A DNA stretch of 64,000 bases from Paramecium tetraurelia (Eukaryota), in assembly GCA_000165425.1 (NCBI GenBank), contig CT868681.1:248001-312000 (forward strand). Direction: 5' to 3'. Of the stretch, positions 1 to 14,442 are shown piece after piece. Under the pieces are notes generated by a model, which ran no database searches, was not told the DNA's origin, and saw only the letters and a program-made list of their open reading frames with translations. Numbering within the stretch: position 1 is the first letter of the stretch; each line of letters opens with the position of its first letter. The position numbers were made by a program, and so were the translations under genes.

Positions 1-2
1 CA

Positions 3-3000
3 TAATAATTATTGACGATTCGTATTGCTTAATTGTAATAATTGACTGAATTTTTGTTTGATGGTCGACACATCTAATTAAAGAATACTTATGGAGTATT
101 CATCACTATGAATCCAGGATATGCAGGAAGAACGGAATTACCAGACAATTTGAAATCACTCTTCCGTCCTGTGGCTATGATGATTCCAGATTATAGGTTG
201 ATTGCTGAAATTATGTTATTTGCTGAAGGGTTTGAAAATGCAAATGATTTATCAAGCAAGATGGTTCAGCTATATAAATTGTCATCACAATAATTGTCAT
301 AGTAGGATCATTATGATTTTGGTATGAGAGCAGTCAAATCCTTATTAGTCATGGCTGGTTCATTAAAGAGAGCAGATACAACTATCCCTGAAGATATTGT
401 GTTAATTAAGGCTATGCGTGATGCAAATATACCAAAGTTTTTAAAGGATGATATTCCATTATTCATGGCTCTGATTTAAGATCTATTCCCTAAAGTTGAG
501 ATAGCCAATTCATCCTTCCAATTCCTGGAGTAATAGTTGAATAAGAAATGTCGATAATTTAAATTGTAAATCATACCAAATTTTATAACGAAAATGTTGC
601 AGTTGTTTGATACTCAAAATGTTAGATTTGGAACTATGATTGTTGGAGGCAGTGGATCTGGCAAAACTAACTGTTATCAAATATTGGCTGAAACAATAAG
701 CGAAATAAAAGTCTAGAATTTATCATAGGATCCTAGATTCTAAGAATTACAATTTATTATTTTAAATCCTAAGTCAATTTCAATGGGGGAACTTTATGGA
801 GAGGTCGATCCTTTTACAAATGAATGGCAAGATGGTTTAGCAAGTTCCATAATCAGAGAGTGCAATAACAGCAAGGAGAGACATTGGATTGTTTTTGATG
901 GACCTGTTGATGCATTGTGGATTGAGAATATGAATTCAGTCTTAGATGATTCAATGACTTTGTGTTTGGCCAATTCAGAAAGAATCAAGTTGAGACATGA
1001 GTTGCGAATGATATTCGAAGTTCAGGACTTGTCAGTTGCCTCACCAGCCACTGTGAGTAGATGCGGTATGGTCTACATGACAGTTTAAGATATCAATTGG
1101 TACAATTACGTGGAATGTTGGATTGAGGAGGTTTTCTCGGATCAAGAGAAGGGTTAGATCAAATGTTGCAATCAACTTAAAGAAAAGCCCAAGAAATCAT
1201 TACAAATAGAACAAAAATATTTAGATTTGATAAGAAATTTATTTAAGACTCAATATAAGTTTTTGTAAGAAAAACTTGGAAACCTTGATGAACCTTTTAT
1301 TACAATAGATGTATAGAGAGTGAAGAGCGTTTGCAACATATTAACTTACTTTTTGAAGTCCATCCTAGTTTAGAAATCTGCTGACTTGCCAAAACAAATT
1401 ACAGCTGTGTTCGCTTACAGTTGCATTTGGGGGTTGTGTGCATCATATGAACAGAAATATTATGACAAGGTACATTATTTTTTATATCATCTCAAAAATT
1501 TTAAATTTGCAGTGAATTTAGCCCCGATCTGTTTGAGTTTATAAATAGATGGGATAAGGTACCTGCAGAAATTAAATCCTAGAGGTAATTAAATGAAGTT
1601 TTGCAGATTTGAACTTTGTTTAAATTACTATTAGGAACATCCTATTACTTTAAATGCACCATATATACTTATATTATTATTTGCTATTAATTATTATTTT
1701 AGATTGCCACCTATGTCAAAGACCAATTTCAATCATTGCTCTACCCGAAAGGAGATACCATATTTGATTTCTACGTTGATGGCAATGACTTCACCACATT
1801 ATAATCGTGGGAATCTCAGTTATAAGAGTTCTAATTTGTAAAAGATCAATCGTTTTTCAGTATAGTTGTTCAAACTGTAGACACTTTGAAATTCCAATAC
1901 ATAATGCAATTGTTAATTAGAGAATAAATACCAACCTTAATCACTGGATAGACTGGAGTTGGTAAGTCTATGTTAGTTTAATCATTGTTATTTGAAATGA
2001 AATTGAATGAGAACATTTAACCAGTGTTATTGAACTTTTCAGCACAGACAAAATCAAAGCAAACCCAATTGGCGATAGAATCTAAATTAATTAAGAAGGG
2101 CAAAATATTATTCGGAGCAAGAGTAAATGAATAAATAGCTATTTTTATTGATGATATCAACATGCCTGCATTAGAAAAGTACGGTGCTTAGCCCTGCATA
2201 GAACTCCTAAGATAGATGATAGAATTACAAGGAACTTTTGATCGTACAAAACTATTTTGGAAAAATATCGAGGATGTGACTCTGTTGATAGCTGGTGGAC
2301 CTCCAGGAGGTGGAAGAAATCAATTATCTCAACGATTTGTCAGGCAATTCAATGTTCTGAATATGCCAAATCAATCTGATTCTATTTTGGAGATGATTTA
2401 TGGATCAATTTTGAAAGGCTACTTTAATAGCATTAACTTTAGTGAAAGTGTTAGGAAGACAAGTGACTAAATCACGAGAATCACAGTTGAACTATTTAGA
2501 AGAATATCTTAAGAACTATTGCCAATACCAGCCAAGTTCCACTATACCTTTAACTCGAGAGATATTAGCAAGGTCTTTTAAGGTTTATTGATGATCAGAC
2601 CTATCTCCTGCAATAATAGTAATGATACTATTGCTAAATTATGGGTCCATGAATGTGCCAGAGTCTTCTGTGATCGTTTGATTAGTGTTTAAGACAAGCT
2701 TTGGTTTTATAATACAGCAGTTGACTTGTTGATGAGGTACTTTAGTGTCAATAAGGATGATATAACCAGCAATATATTGTTTAGTGATATTCTTAAATTA
2801 GAAGCTGCAAATGTCTTATATGAGGAGGTCACCGAAAAGAGAAAGGTGATTGTGAAATCCTTACAAGACAAATTAGATGATTACATCATGGCAACGAACG
2901 ATAAGATGGAATTAGTCTTTTTTGATGATGCCCTAGAACATATCCTAAGGATAGCTAGAATCTTCAGGTAACCAAGAGGAAATGCAATGTTAATTGGTGT

Positions 3001-6000
3001 TGGTGGATCTGGTAAATAGAGTCTCACTAAATTGGCTTCATTTCTTATGAGATCTGAGATCTTTTAGATTGAAATTGTCAAAACCTACAATGCTGACTCA
3101 TTCCGAGCTGATCTAATTAAAATCCTAATGAAAACTGGAGGAGAAAGAATCCCATTGACATTTATATTCAATGAAGCTCAGATAGTCTAGGAGAGCTTCT
3201 TAGAAGACATTAATAACATCCTCAATACAGGTGAAGTTCCTAACTTGTTTGCTAAGAAAGAAGATTTGGAATAGGTATATAACAATGTAAGGCCATAAGC
3301 AATTAAAGCAAAGAGATAGGATTCCCCAGAATCCTTGTGGACCTTCTTTGTAGAAGGGATCAGAAATTCATTGCATATTGTCTTATGCATGAGTCCTGTA
3401 GGCAATCAATTAAGAATTCGATGCAGGAAATTCCCATCTTTGGTAAATTGTTGTACCATTGATTGGTTCACTTAATGGCCCAAGGAAGCATTACTGGAAG
3501 TCGCCAATAAATTCCTCGACAAAATCCCGAATCTGAAGTAAAAGGATCAATTGGCGCAAATGTGCATGGAAGTCAATCTCTAAGTTGCAAATCTGTGTGA
3601 TGCATATTAGAAGGAATTGAGAAGATAGGTTTATACAACACCCAAATCATATTTAGATTAAATATAACTTTATGCTGATTTATTAATATAAAAACAATAG
3701 GAACATGGATTGATTTAAAGAAAATTGGCTGATGGATTGGATAAATTATTTAAGGCCAATGAAAAAGTAGCTGAGTTGAAAATTAAGATGCAAGGGATTC
3801 AGCCATAATTGATAGAATAATCTGCAAAAACAGAGGAATTTTTGAAATAATTGGCAATAGACTAGAGTGAAGCTAATCTTAAAGAAAGACTGGTAAATGA
3901 TGAAGCATAAATAGTCAATCAATAAGCATTAGAGATTAAAATAATAGCAGATGAAGCTTAAGCTGAATTGAATAAAGCAATGCCTGTAATGAAAGAAGCA
4001 GAAGAAGCTCTGCAAAAGATTAGCAAAGCTGAAATTACAGAAATTAAAGGGTTTATCAATCCTCCGCCTGTTGTTTAATTGGTCTTAGAGGCTGTTTGCA
4101 TATTATTGTAAGAGAAGACTGATTGGAATTCAGCAAAACAAGTTATGATCAGTAGTGATTTTATGGAAAGATTAACAAAATATGATAAAAGTTAGATTAC
4201 TGAATAGATGTTGAGGAAATTGAGATTCATCACAATTAAACCTGAATTTGATCCAATTTGTGTTGCTCAAAAAAGTCAAGCTTGTAAAAGTCTGTGTATG
4301 TGGTGTAGAGCTATTGATAGTTATTCCAAGATTGCAAAGGAAGTAGAACCTAAAAAAAGGAGGGTTGCTGATGAATAATAGAATTTAGAAATCAAAAATT
4401 AGGAGTTGGCAGTAAAACAGGAAGAATTGTAGAAAGTTAGAGATAAAGTAGCTAAATTGTAGAAAGAATGTGATGAAACTGTAGAAAAAAAGAATGGATT
4501 GGAGAAAAAGTTAGAAACCATAAAGAAAAGACTGATTGCATCTGAAAAATTGACATATTTATTAGCTGATGAAGGAATAAGATGGAAAGATTAAATTAAA
4601 TTGATAGAGCAAGTTTTGTAGTAAATTATTGGAGATGTTTTCTTGGCTGCTAGCACAGTCAGCTACTTAGGTGCATTTACAGGTTAATATAGGGAGTAAT
4701 TGATAAAGAACGCTGTTTCGAAGTTGAAAGAATTTGACATTCCTTTTTCAGAAAACTATTCCTTATCTTCAACTCTTGAAAATCCAATTGTTATTAGAGA
4801 TTGGGTAATTAGTGGATTACCTAATGATGCCATTTCGATTGACAATGGAGTAATTGTAACTAGAGCTGATCGTTGGCCATTAATGATTGATCCCCAAGGA
4901 TAAGCAAATAAATGGCTTAAACAATTCAATAAGGAGTTGAAAATTATGAGATTCACAGAATCGCATTTTCTAAAAGGATTACAATAGTGCATTAGTTCAG
5001 GATATGAAGTCTTATTTGAAGAGGTTGAAGAGAAACTCGAACCATCTGTTGATTCAGTACTTTAGAAATAGATTATTGAAGTTGATGGACGCAGACTTAT
5101 TAAGGTAGGAGATTAGAAAGTCGATTATCATAATTAATTTAAATTGTATTTCACTACAAAAATAGCAAACCCTAATTATTTACCTGAAGTGTTTATTAAG
5201 ACCACAGTGATTAATTTCAGTATCACTTTTGAAGGCTTATGCGATTAGTTATTGGGTGATGTAATGAAGTTTGAGAAGCCAGAAATTGAAAAGCAAAGAG
5301 ATGAAATCATTATAAAAATGAGTAATGCGAACAAACAACTCAAAGGAGCTTAGGATTCCATTTTGGATTTGTTAGCCAATGTTACAGGAAATATTTTAGA
5401 TAATGAATAATTGATCCACACTCTTGAAGTCTCGAAATACTAGTCTGCTGATATTCAAAAATCACTTGAGGAAACCATCATTGTAGAGTAATAGATCAAT
5501 GAATCTAGAAATCTCTATCATTCAGTAGCCATTAGAGGATCAATATTATATTTTGTAATCTCAGATATGAGTTTAATTGATCCAATGTATCAATATTCTC
5601 TACAATATTTCAAGAAACTCTATAATGTGTCCCTCAATCTCACTCCCAAGACTGAATTACTTAGTGAGAGATTGCTCTACTTAGAAGAAACAATTACTCA
5701 AACTGTCTTCAAAGATATTTGTAGAGGTCTATTTTAATAACATAGAAAGATCTTTTCATTCCTCATCTGTGCTTAGGTTTAGAGATAAAATGGATCCATT
5801 TCAAATGCAGCATGGAATTTATTATTAAGAGATTAGATACCTTCAACTCCAATCATTAATCCTGATAAGGTATTCTTGAAAGACTCTCAATGGAATTTAA
5901 TCCTATGTATCTAAGAATAGATTTCAGATTTAACTGACTTATCCCAAGATATCAAAAACAACTTGTTGTATTGGAAAGAGTTCTCCCAAATAGATGACAT

Positions 6001-8029
6001 CTACTAAGCATCATTCCCAGCTTAATCTCCTCTTGCTGTCTCTTCAACACTAAACCCATTCTATAGATTATTAATAATAAAGGCCTTGAAGCCTGAAAAA
6101 GTAATGTTCGGCTTAACTGAGTATGTAATTGAGTTATTTGGAGAGTTCTATATAAATCTAGCTTCATCTTCTATGGAGGAGATTTATTAGTCATCAGAAT
6201 CGCATACTCCGATTATATTTATTCTTTCTCCAGGTGCAGATCCTACTCAAACCTTATTTAAGTTGGCAAAAGAGTAATAAAGTCAAATTGATGTAATTTC
6301 TTTGGGACAAGGATAAGGAAAAAAGGCAGAAACACTGATTCAGAAAGGTTAGAAGGATGGAACATGGATTATGCTTCAAAATTGTCACTTAGCAAGATCA
6401 TGGATGCCCTAATTAGAGAAATTGATGGAATCTCTGACATCACATCACATAGAAGTTCATAATAATTTCAGAATCTTTTTGACTTCCATGCCTGCTGCTT
6501 ACTTTCCTGTCAGTACATTACAAAATGGTTTAAAACTTACCACAGAACCACCCAGAGGATTGAAATCAAATTTGCTGAGATCTTACTAAGAATTCTAACA
6601 AGCAGACAACTAATAAAAACTATTCAAATAATTATTTTTCAGCATTTCCTTCTTTCATGCTATTGTGCAAGAGAGAAGGAAATTTGGCCCTCTTGGATTC
6701 AATATTTCATATGAATTCAATGACTCTGATCTGGATATTAGCATATAAATGATGAAAATGTTTATTTCCTAAGAAGAAGAAATCCCTTGGGATGCAATGT
6801 AATTTATGATAGGTCAAATAAATTATGGAGGAAGAGTTACTGATGATTAAGATAGAGTGTGCTTAACTTCAATATTGAAGAAGTATTTAGGAGATCATAT
6901 TGAAAACAATGTTAAATTCTCAAATAGTGGCATCTATTATTTGCCTGAAGATGATTATATTCATTATATCTCCCAATTGCCAAATTAAGAAGATCCAGAG
7001 GTGTTTGGCATGCATGAAAATGCAAATATTGTGTTCTAAACTTAGGAGAGTCAAAAGATACTAGATATCATCTTGTCCATCCAGCCTCGTGTTAGTAGTA
7101 CGAGCGCTTAGAAATCTCCTGACATGATTGTCATGGAAAAGGCTATTTACTTTTAAAGCAATCTCCCAGAACTGTTGGATAAAAATGTTTGTAATCAAAG
7201 ACATTATCAAATTACTGAAAATGGTAGTGTTTAATCTCTGTCAACAGTTTTGTTTTAAGAAATTGACAAATTCAACAAGCTCTTAGAATTAATTCAATCT
7301 ACACTAATTTAATTGTAATAAGCAATTAAAGGTTTCGTATTGATATCCTAAGAGTTAGATGAAATGTACCTAGCCTTTCTCAATAATGCCATTCCTCCCA
7401 ATTGGATGAAACAATCGTATTCTACTCTGAAACCTCTTTCCAGTTGGTTCAAAGATTTGATTGCAAGAGTAACCTTCATTCGATCTTGGATGGAGAAAGA
7501 CTTCATACCTGCTTATTGGATGTCTGGCTTATTTTATCCCCAAGGATTTTTGACAGGTGTATTGCAAACACATTCGAGAAAATACAAGATTCCAATCAAT
7601 AAACTAAATTTCAAATTTAAGGTGTTGGACATAGATCAAGATAGAATCAGAGATGAAATTAAAGATGGAGTCTATGTGTATGGTCTTTATTTGGAAGGGG
7701 CACGTTGGGACTATTAACATGAAACCCTAATTGAATAATAAGTAGGTTAAATTTATTTCCCTCTTGCCATGATGTACTTCTAACCAATGGAAGAATACTA
7801 GATTGGTGATGAATATTATAAGTAACTTTATGCAATCTATATTTAGTTGTCCTTGCTACAAGACATCAAATAGAACAGGAGTTCTCTCAACAACAGGTTA
7901 ATCTACTAATTTCATCTTATCCATTGTAATATATCAATATATATCATTTAGGATCTGATGAGCAAAACTGAAAAACCAGAATATTGGACTTTGAGAGGAA
8001 CAGCTATAATATCTTAATTAAATGATTGA
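3..8029 (+). CDS. Axonemal dynein heavy chain, 5' truncated (AAA1 end to C-terminus), probably single-headed inner-arm type
   Basis: Code-6 translation gives [20 protein letters not shown]-loops [16 protein letters not shown] and [31 protein letters not shown], stalk coiled coil, [10 protein letters not shown] and C-terminal [22 protein letters not shown]. Introns at 1470-1702, 7822-7846 and 7926-7951; TGA at 8027-8029. Confidence 0.97.
1470..1702 (+). other. Unusually long (233 nt) phase-0 GT..AG intron in the dynein gene
   Basis: Frame ...YYDK ends at 1469 and resumes at 1703 (IATYVKDQF...) in the frame of the downstream dynein ORFs; GTAC at 1470, TTTTAG ending 1702. Confidence 0.85.
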
Positions 8030-8680
8030 TTATTTTTTTATTATAAATTTTATAAATATCTTGTTTTATTCGAATTATCATCTAAGATTACAATAATTGT
8101 AAAAAATTGTGTGTATACTGTAGAAAATAAATAATTACCTTCTTTTAGTAGAAATTCATAATAGATAATTATGATACTTGTTTAGACTTTTTAAATTATC
8201 AAAAATTACTAAAGACCATAAGTTTTTGCTTGATTTTTTAAAGAAAAACTCTAATTTTGATTTAAATATTGCCTTAATATATGAATAAACATTTGTAAAA
8301 CTGGAGATTTTACAAAACTCGATAAATTATGAAAATATAGGATTTATTTAAAATAGAATTAATTTAATATAAGAAATGATCTTCTGAGAATGAATTTACA
8401 GATTAACGATGAGAAGTCCAATAATTTCCAAAGAAAGACAAAACTTAAGGAGAATTTTTATATGCCAATTTAGATATTATTTCAATAAATAATGAACCAA
8501 GCAAATTATCAATTATTTTATGTAGGCAGGGAAGTTCTTTAGCATATTGTGATTGTTGAATTAATTATTCCAAAGAATCTGCATGTATGGCTCCTAATCT
8601 TTTGCGCATGACTTTAATTAGTTATTTAAAATACACAAATATTTATATTGTCATATTTTTTCAAATAATATTCCAACAAA

Positions 8681-11600
8681 ATGTAAAATAAACTCTAACA
8701 GTAGGCTCACGAGACCCCCAATGCTGAGAGAGTCCAGGCATACCAAAATTAATTATAAGGAACCATCCACTATAGTTTTAAAGTTGGGTAGTCAACCCAA
8801 TGTAGGAAGTAATTAATTAAGTAAAACCCTCAGAATTACCACCAAAAGTGTTATAATAAAACCCTACGACTGAAGTAAGAAGAATAAAAAACAAATCGAT
8901 TAGTTAGCATATAGGTGGAAACGGGATCCATTAACAAGTGAATTATTACAAATAACCAAATAAACGAATTATTTATGACTCTACAAACTGTTTGAACCCT
9001 CAAATCAATCGTTCATCCAGTAATAGAATCAAGAAAATCCATTCAGTCAGTTCTCAAAATTGTAAATAGTTTATCTATATAAAGATGAAAGTTTTATTTA
9101 AAATCTTGAAGATCACAGTCGAAACAATTTAGTTTGTAATGAAGTTGCTACCAGCACCGAGTTAAATGAAGGCAAGAAACTATTTACAGACAATAAAACT
9201 GAAGAAGCACTCAAAATATTTTAAACATACCAAAGCAAATATGGACTAAATCCTGATGCTCTCTATCTCTCAGGGTTATGCTACATGTCCCTAGATCAAG
9301 AAGAGAAATACATTGAATAATTCTAGACGCTCATCAAGACATTTCCAACATACAAAAGAACAGCATATATGTATTTAGCAATTTGCCTTAAAAAAAATAA
9401 TCACATCAATGAAGCAATTAATGTGATATCCCAAGGCATCACTCATTTCAATCGATACTTTGAAGCCCTGATATTTAGAGCTAAATTATTTTTAAAGCAT
9501 AAATGCTATGACAAAGCTATGAAGGACTTTAACTCAGCAATTCACATCAACCCAAGAAAACCAGTTTGTTATGTTGGCTTAAGTGATTGTTATAAGTAAG
9601 CCAACTAACTTTAACAGGCTATTGAAGAATTAAACAAGGCTATTGAGTTTGAAGAATTTTCAAAGTAGAAATCCATAGTTTTAAAACGATTCACAATTTA
9701 CTTAGAAACTAAAGAATTTGAGAAAGCCAAACAAGATATGATGCTATTACTGGAAATTAGTCCAAATGATTCTGAAGTTTACTATTTTAAAGGAATTTTG
9801 ATGCAAAAGTAGAGTAATTACTTAATTTGATTTTAGAACGTCTATAAGATGCCCTTTTGGCATTTGAATAGTCGATTAAGTTCAACAGTGAAAAGAAACC
9901 AGTAACTAAATCCCTCTATGAAATTGTGAAAATAAAGATTGAATAAAACGATTATTATTCTGCTTAGCATGAACTTGATAGAGCAGCCTATCTTGATGTG
10001 GATAAGACATAATTATAGAAATTTGAACTATTTGTTGAAGGAGCTATTTATTTAATGAAAAGAAAGTTTGAGGAGGGCACTCACTTATTGACAGAGATGA
10101 TCACCAAAAATAATTAGAGTGACAATCTTAAATTTTAGGCACATTAATATCGAGCATATGGATACTTTTGTTAGTCAAAGTACAATTTAGCTAATCAGGA
10201 TTTAGAATTATATTAAGAAAATCTGTTGGAGAAAGTAATTTTATTAAAAATTATAGGCATCTCTATATAATAAACTACTATGTCACGGGATAATTAAATA
10301 TGAGGATAATGAATTAGAATAAAGCAAAAGGGAGTTTTTCTAGGCTCATAAAATGCTACCAAATAAGATGGAACCCTTGTTTTATCAAGCAATTATTTCA
10401 ATCAAAAAGTATTGTTCAAGTCTTGAAAAAATGAGTGAAGAAAATAGGATAAAATATTTGAAAGAAGCCTTAGATTTACTTGAAAGAGCTGCAAAGATAT
10501 GCGAATAATCTAATTTACTGTTCTACAAAGGAATTTTACATTTCGCCCTTGGAAATCTAGACTAATCTGCAGTAGACTTAGAACAGGCTATTGAAAAGTC
10601 TGAGGATAATCAAGCACAACATTATTATGTTAGAGGATTGCTTTATTGTTAACGTCAACTCTTTAAGCAAGCAGTCAACGATTTCTCAATTTGCTTAAGT
10701 CTGGATCAAAATCATCCAGAATCCTACCTTAATAGATGTAAACTATTAACAATGATGGGTGATGTAGCCACAGCCTACTTGGATCTATAAAAATATATTG
10801 AATTAAAGGAGTAGTATTCAATAAACTATCATACTGTAGGAATTCTATACTTTTTAATTGGAGCTTACGAGGAAGCTATCCAAGCATTTGCTGATTGTAA
10901 AACTCTTGAAGGGTAATATGAAAAGGTCAAAGTATTAATTTATGGCAAAGAATTGAATTCAGCACTCAATGAATTGTCAATTATCATAGAAGAATTGCAT
11001 AGTCATGAAGCCACGATTGATAAATAAATGTTAACAATACTCAAAGAAACTAGTTAATAAATATCTACCAAGATTCTAGAAGACAGCATAAGTAGCATAA
11101 GTTAAATCTAAAAAGGTCAATAGGAAGGTTTGATATTCAGATTATCGGATATCTATTTTTATAAAGGTTTGTTTTATACATATTTGGGGTAATATTCTAA
11201 AGCAAAATAATGTCTTCGCTTTTCATATGATTTAAAAGAAAAGGAAATTAAGAAGTCAAGAAATACTTAGTTAATTAATCAGAACACTCTTGAGGATTTT
11301 GATTTTACTAACAAGACTTACAATATCTATGAGCATCTCTATAATTGTGCCATTCTGGATGTTATTTTAGGAAATATCGAAGAGGCCTTTGAAACCCTCA
11401 CTTTACTCCATGAACACTTAACCTAGATTGAATTTAGAGTATAATTATAGATCTTGATGGAATTATTACGTGATGACCTGCTGGATACTCCTCCTGAAGA
11501 AGAATTCTCTAAAATACAAGAATTCCAATTATTCCCTCAACATAATCGACTTTGCTCAATTTATCCTGCACTCTAATTACCTTTGAAAAAGTATTCTGTT

Positions 11601-11971
11601 GTAATCAGGATGTCATTCTGTTTACCCATAGTTGAATTCCCTTCATAACCAATATTATTTGATGAGCAGCTACTTCAAAAAATATCTGTAATTTAAATCA
11701 TTATTTTTTAAAGCCTAAAGTTGTAGAGAATAAACCAGAAGCTCCTTGGATTAAGAGGTCGAATGAAGGAGTGATCTTTACAGACAACATTCAGTGCATT
11801 GATGACTTAGATCTTCAATCAACTGTTAGAAAAGAAGAGAACGAAGAAACTGAATAAGAAAATATTAATCTTTAAAATGACGACGAGATCACCAAATTAA
11901 AAGAGAAACTTAAGTTAGATGACTAAATTACTAAAAAATTGAATTCAATATTATAATAAATTGAAGAATGA
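8681..11971 (+). CDS. Large TPR-repeat protein (start codon uncertain)
   Basis: Many TPR-like helices (AMKDFNSAIHINPRKPVCYVGLSDCY; AVNDFSICLSLDQNHPESYLNR); tiny introns, e.g. 9062-9084; TGA at 11969-11971. The first ~120 nt could not be framed unambiguously. Confidence 0.85.
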
Positions 11972-12639
11972 ATTGCTATAAATACAAAATTATAATCTAT
12001 ATATTACCATAAATTATTATACTATTAATTAAATTTGTTAATGCTTCATGTAACATAATTATGATATTTTATATTAGAGGTATTTAATCCTATTAAGCAT
12101 TTCTAAATAATGAACAATTAAATTTCTTACATTGAAATTAAAGAAGATATATAGAATATGATAAAAACTTCTGTAAGCTTATTTTCAAATTGAATTAAAT
12201 GAATTCTAAGAAATAAAATAATAATCAATTTTTAATTTTAATATTGATCACTAATTGAATTATATCTATAACTATAATAATGAAAATATATGAAATGTTC
12301 TGCATATAATTATAAAAGATTAATTTAAGAATTTATTGACTAAATATAATTTTTCATCTTGCAATTTATTCTGCCTATAAGCCAAAGGATGAATTTTAAA
12401 AATATTCTTTATTTGAATTATTCTTAAGAATATATCTAATAACATATTTTTAGACAAGCTCAAATTATTTGGAAAATATATTTATTTTTATCTTGTTTAA
12501 GTCATTACGGTTTTTGGATCAACAAATAAGCAAGAAATTTGATAATCTAAACAAAAACAGTTAAAACACATATTTCCTTTAGTCAAGAATGTTGCTTTTT
12601 TCACAATTTCTTCTGATGGCTTGGATCAATAACACATGA

Positions 12640-13935
12640 TTATACTCTCCTTACACCGCCTATGGGGAAAGGTTTCAGTCCATGAATATCAGAGGGGCTT
12701 TTGGAGAAATAATGAAGACAATTCGCAAAGTTACAAATCAAGTTAGAGCAATAAAAGTAATTTCTAAAGAAAAGGCAAGCAAGGCAGAGGTGGAGACATT
12801 GAGAATAAAGATTGAAATCTTTAAAAACTTAGTAGTGCTGTTAATTATCTTCATAAAAGTAGAATAGTTCATAGGTTAATAATATTTATATTTGGCTAGA
12901 GATCTGAAACCTGAGAGTATTTTATAAGAGGCAAATAAACCATAAAGCCCTATTAAAGATTGTAGACTTTGATACTAATAGAGTGTTTGCGTCTGGTTAC
13001 AAAATGAATCAGAAATTGGGAACACCTGAAGTTTTGGAGAGGAGATATGATGAAAAATGTTATGTATGGTCATGTGGTGTGATTTTTTACATTTTCTTTG
13101 TGGATTTCCCCCTTTTAATGGAGATACTGAAGAGGAGATCCTAGAAAGCGTTAGAGTGGAGTTAGATTTCCTATGAAGCAAATTACCGATAACAAAAATG
13201 TAAGAGAGTACAAAATGGAGAATAAGTGCTGAATAAACTTAACGAGACTAACGGATAACTACATATTAAAATAAGGCTGAGATAAATTTAACTTAATTAA
13301 CTGAGGTTCTGAATAATTTAAGAACATTCAGAATGGAGAAGAAATTTTAAGAGGCTGCATTAACCTTGATGATTAATTAAATGGCTACAAGTCAACAGAA
13401 ATAGGAATTGTTGTCATAATCATAGGCTTTGGATCTGAATGGAGATGAAAGACTGTCAAAAGAGGAATTAATTATTGGTATATCTTAATTAATATTAGCT
13501 AGGATATTAAAAATTAATGAGCCGTACTGATAGAGAGTTAGAATGAAATAAATAAATGAAGTAGATCGATTAAGATAAGAATTAGAGCATTAATTATTCA
13601 GGTTGATATTCTTATATAAAACTAAATATAGAATTTGTATTGGCTACATTTAATAAATTGAAACTTATTGAAAATTCAAGATTGGAATAAGCATTTAGAA
13701 TATTTAATAAGGATGGAAGCGGCTCAATTTCAATTGATAAAATCAAAGGAATATTTGGATGTAATGATTCAGGCTGTTAGCGATGAAGTTTGAAAGGAAT
13801 TGTTGGCTGAAGTAGATGCTAACGGTGACGGTTCCGTAAAACCTTTATATATTTCAAGATTCCTTTTAAGAATTCAAAGAAATAATTATCAAAGCAATCT
13901 ATACTAATAACCCAGAGTAAAGATCCCAAAAGTGA
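12640..13935 (+). pseudogene. Decayed calcium-dependent protein kinase (CDPK: kinase + EF hands)
   Basis: GAFGE, VRAIKVISK, IVHRDLKPE, then EF-hand loops DLNGDERLSKEEL, NKDGSGSIS, DANGDG. Subdomains IV-VIa are missing, DFG reads DFD, the YYIA of GTPYYIAPEV is deleted, and there are several frameshifts. Confidence 0.85.
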
Positions 13936-14154
13936 CTGAATATTTTATATTTATGAATTACCTCTTTGCCTTTTCGTGTATAATCTTTTGCATTTGCAAT
14001 ATTTAATTCTCAAACAACTCTATTTTATATAACCAAAATATTAGGCAAAATGTGTATTTCCTTAACATAAAGTGATCAAAAGAGAAGTAGTATTATAGTA
14101 TGATCAGGGATAATTTGAATGCTAAGATATCAAATGTTTATATAAAATAATAGA

Positions 14155-14442
14155 TCACAAGTATTTTTGCAATATTTTCTAGTAATGAGTCATCTCTGGA
14201 AGGTATGAAGGCTGTTTATTTAGTTTCTTTTTACAATTATTTGGTTTCAAATTCTTTGATTTGGGTTTCTTTTATTCAAGTTTTGCCTCTTCCTTCCCAA
14301 ACTTTGATGTACCTTAATTGGTGAGATCGGTCAATTAAGTTCTTGAGATCAATTAAAATGAAAGAGTGCGATCTCTTTTTCTACTTAAACTTCTATTTAA
14401 TGATTCTCGATAGCCACTGCTTGTGTGAACGTGTAACAGCAT
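14155..14442 (-). CDS. Small basic protein (95 aa) or gene remnant with D-box-like RTQLTDLTN
   Basis: ATG at 14442 to TGA at 14155, open in code 6 and richer in GC than its flanks. Confidence 0.4.

Noticed and set aside
1470..1702. Dynein insertion as a retained IES
   Set aside because: Excision between the terminal TA dinucleotides does not restore the frame (it reaches a TGA), whereas GT..AG splicing does.
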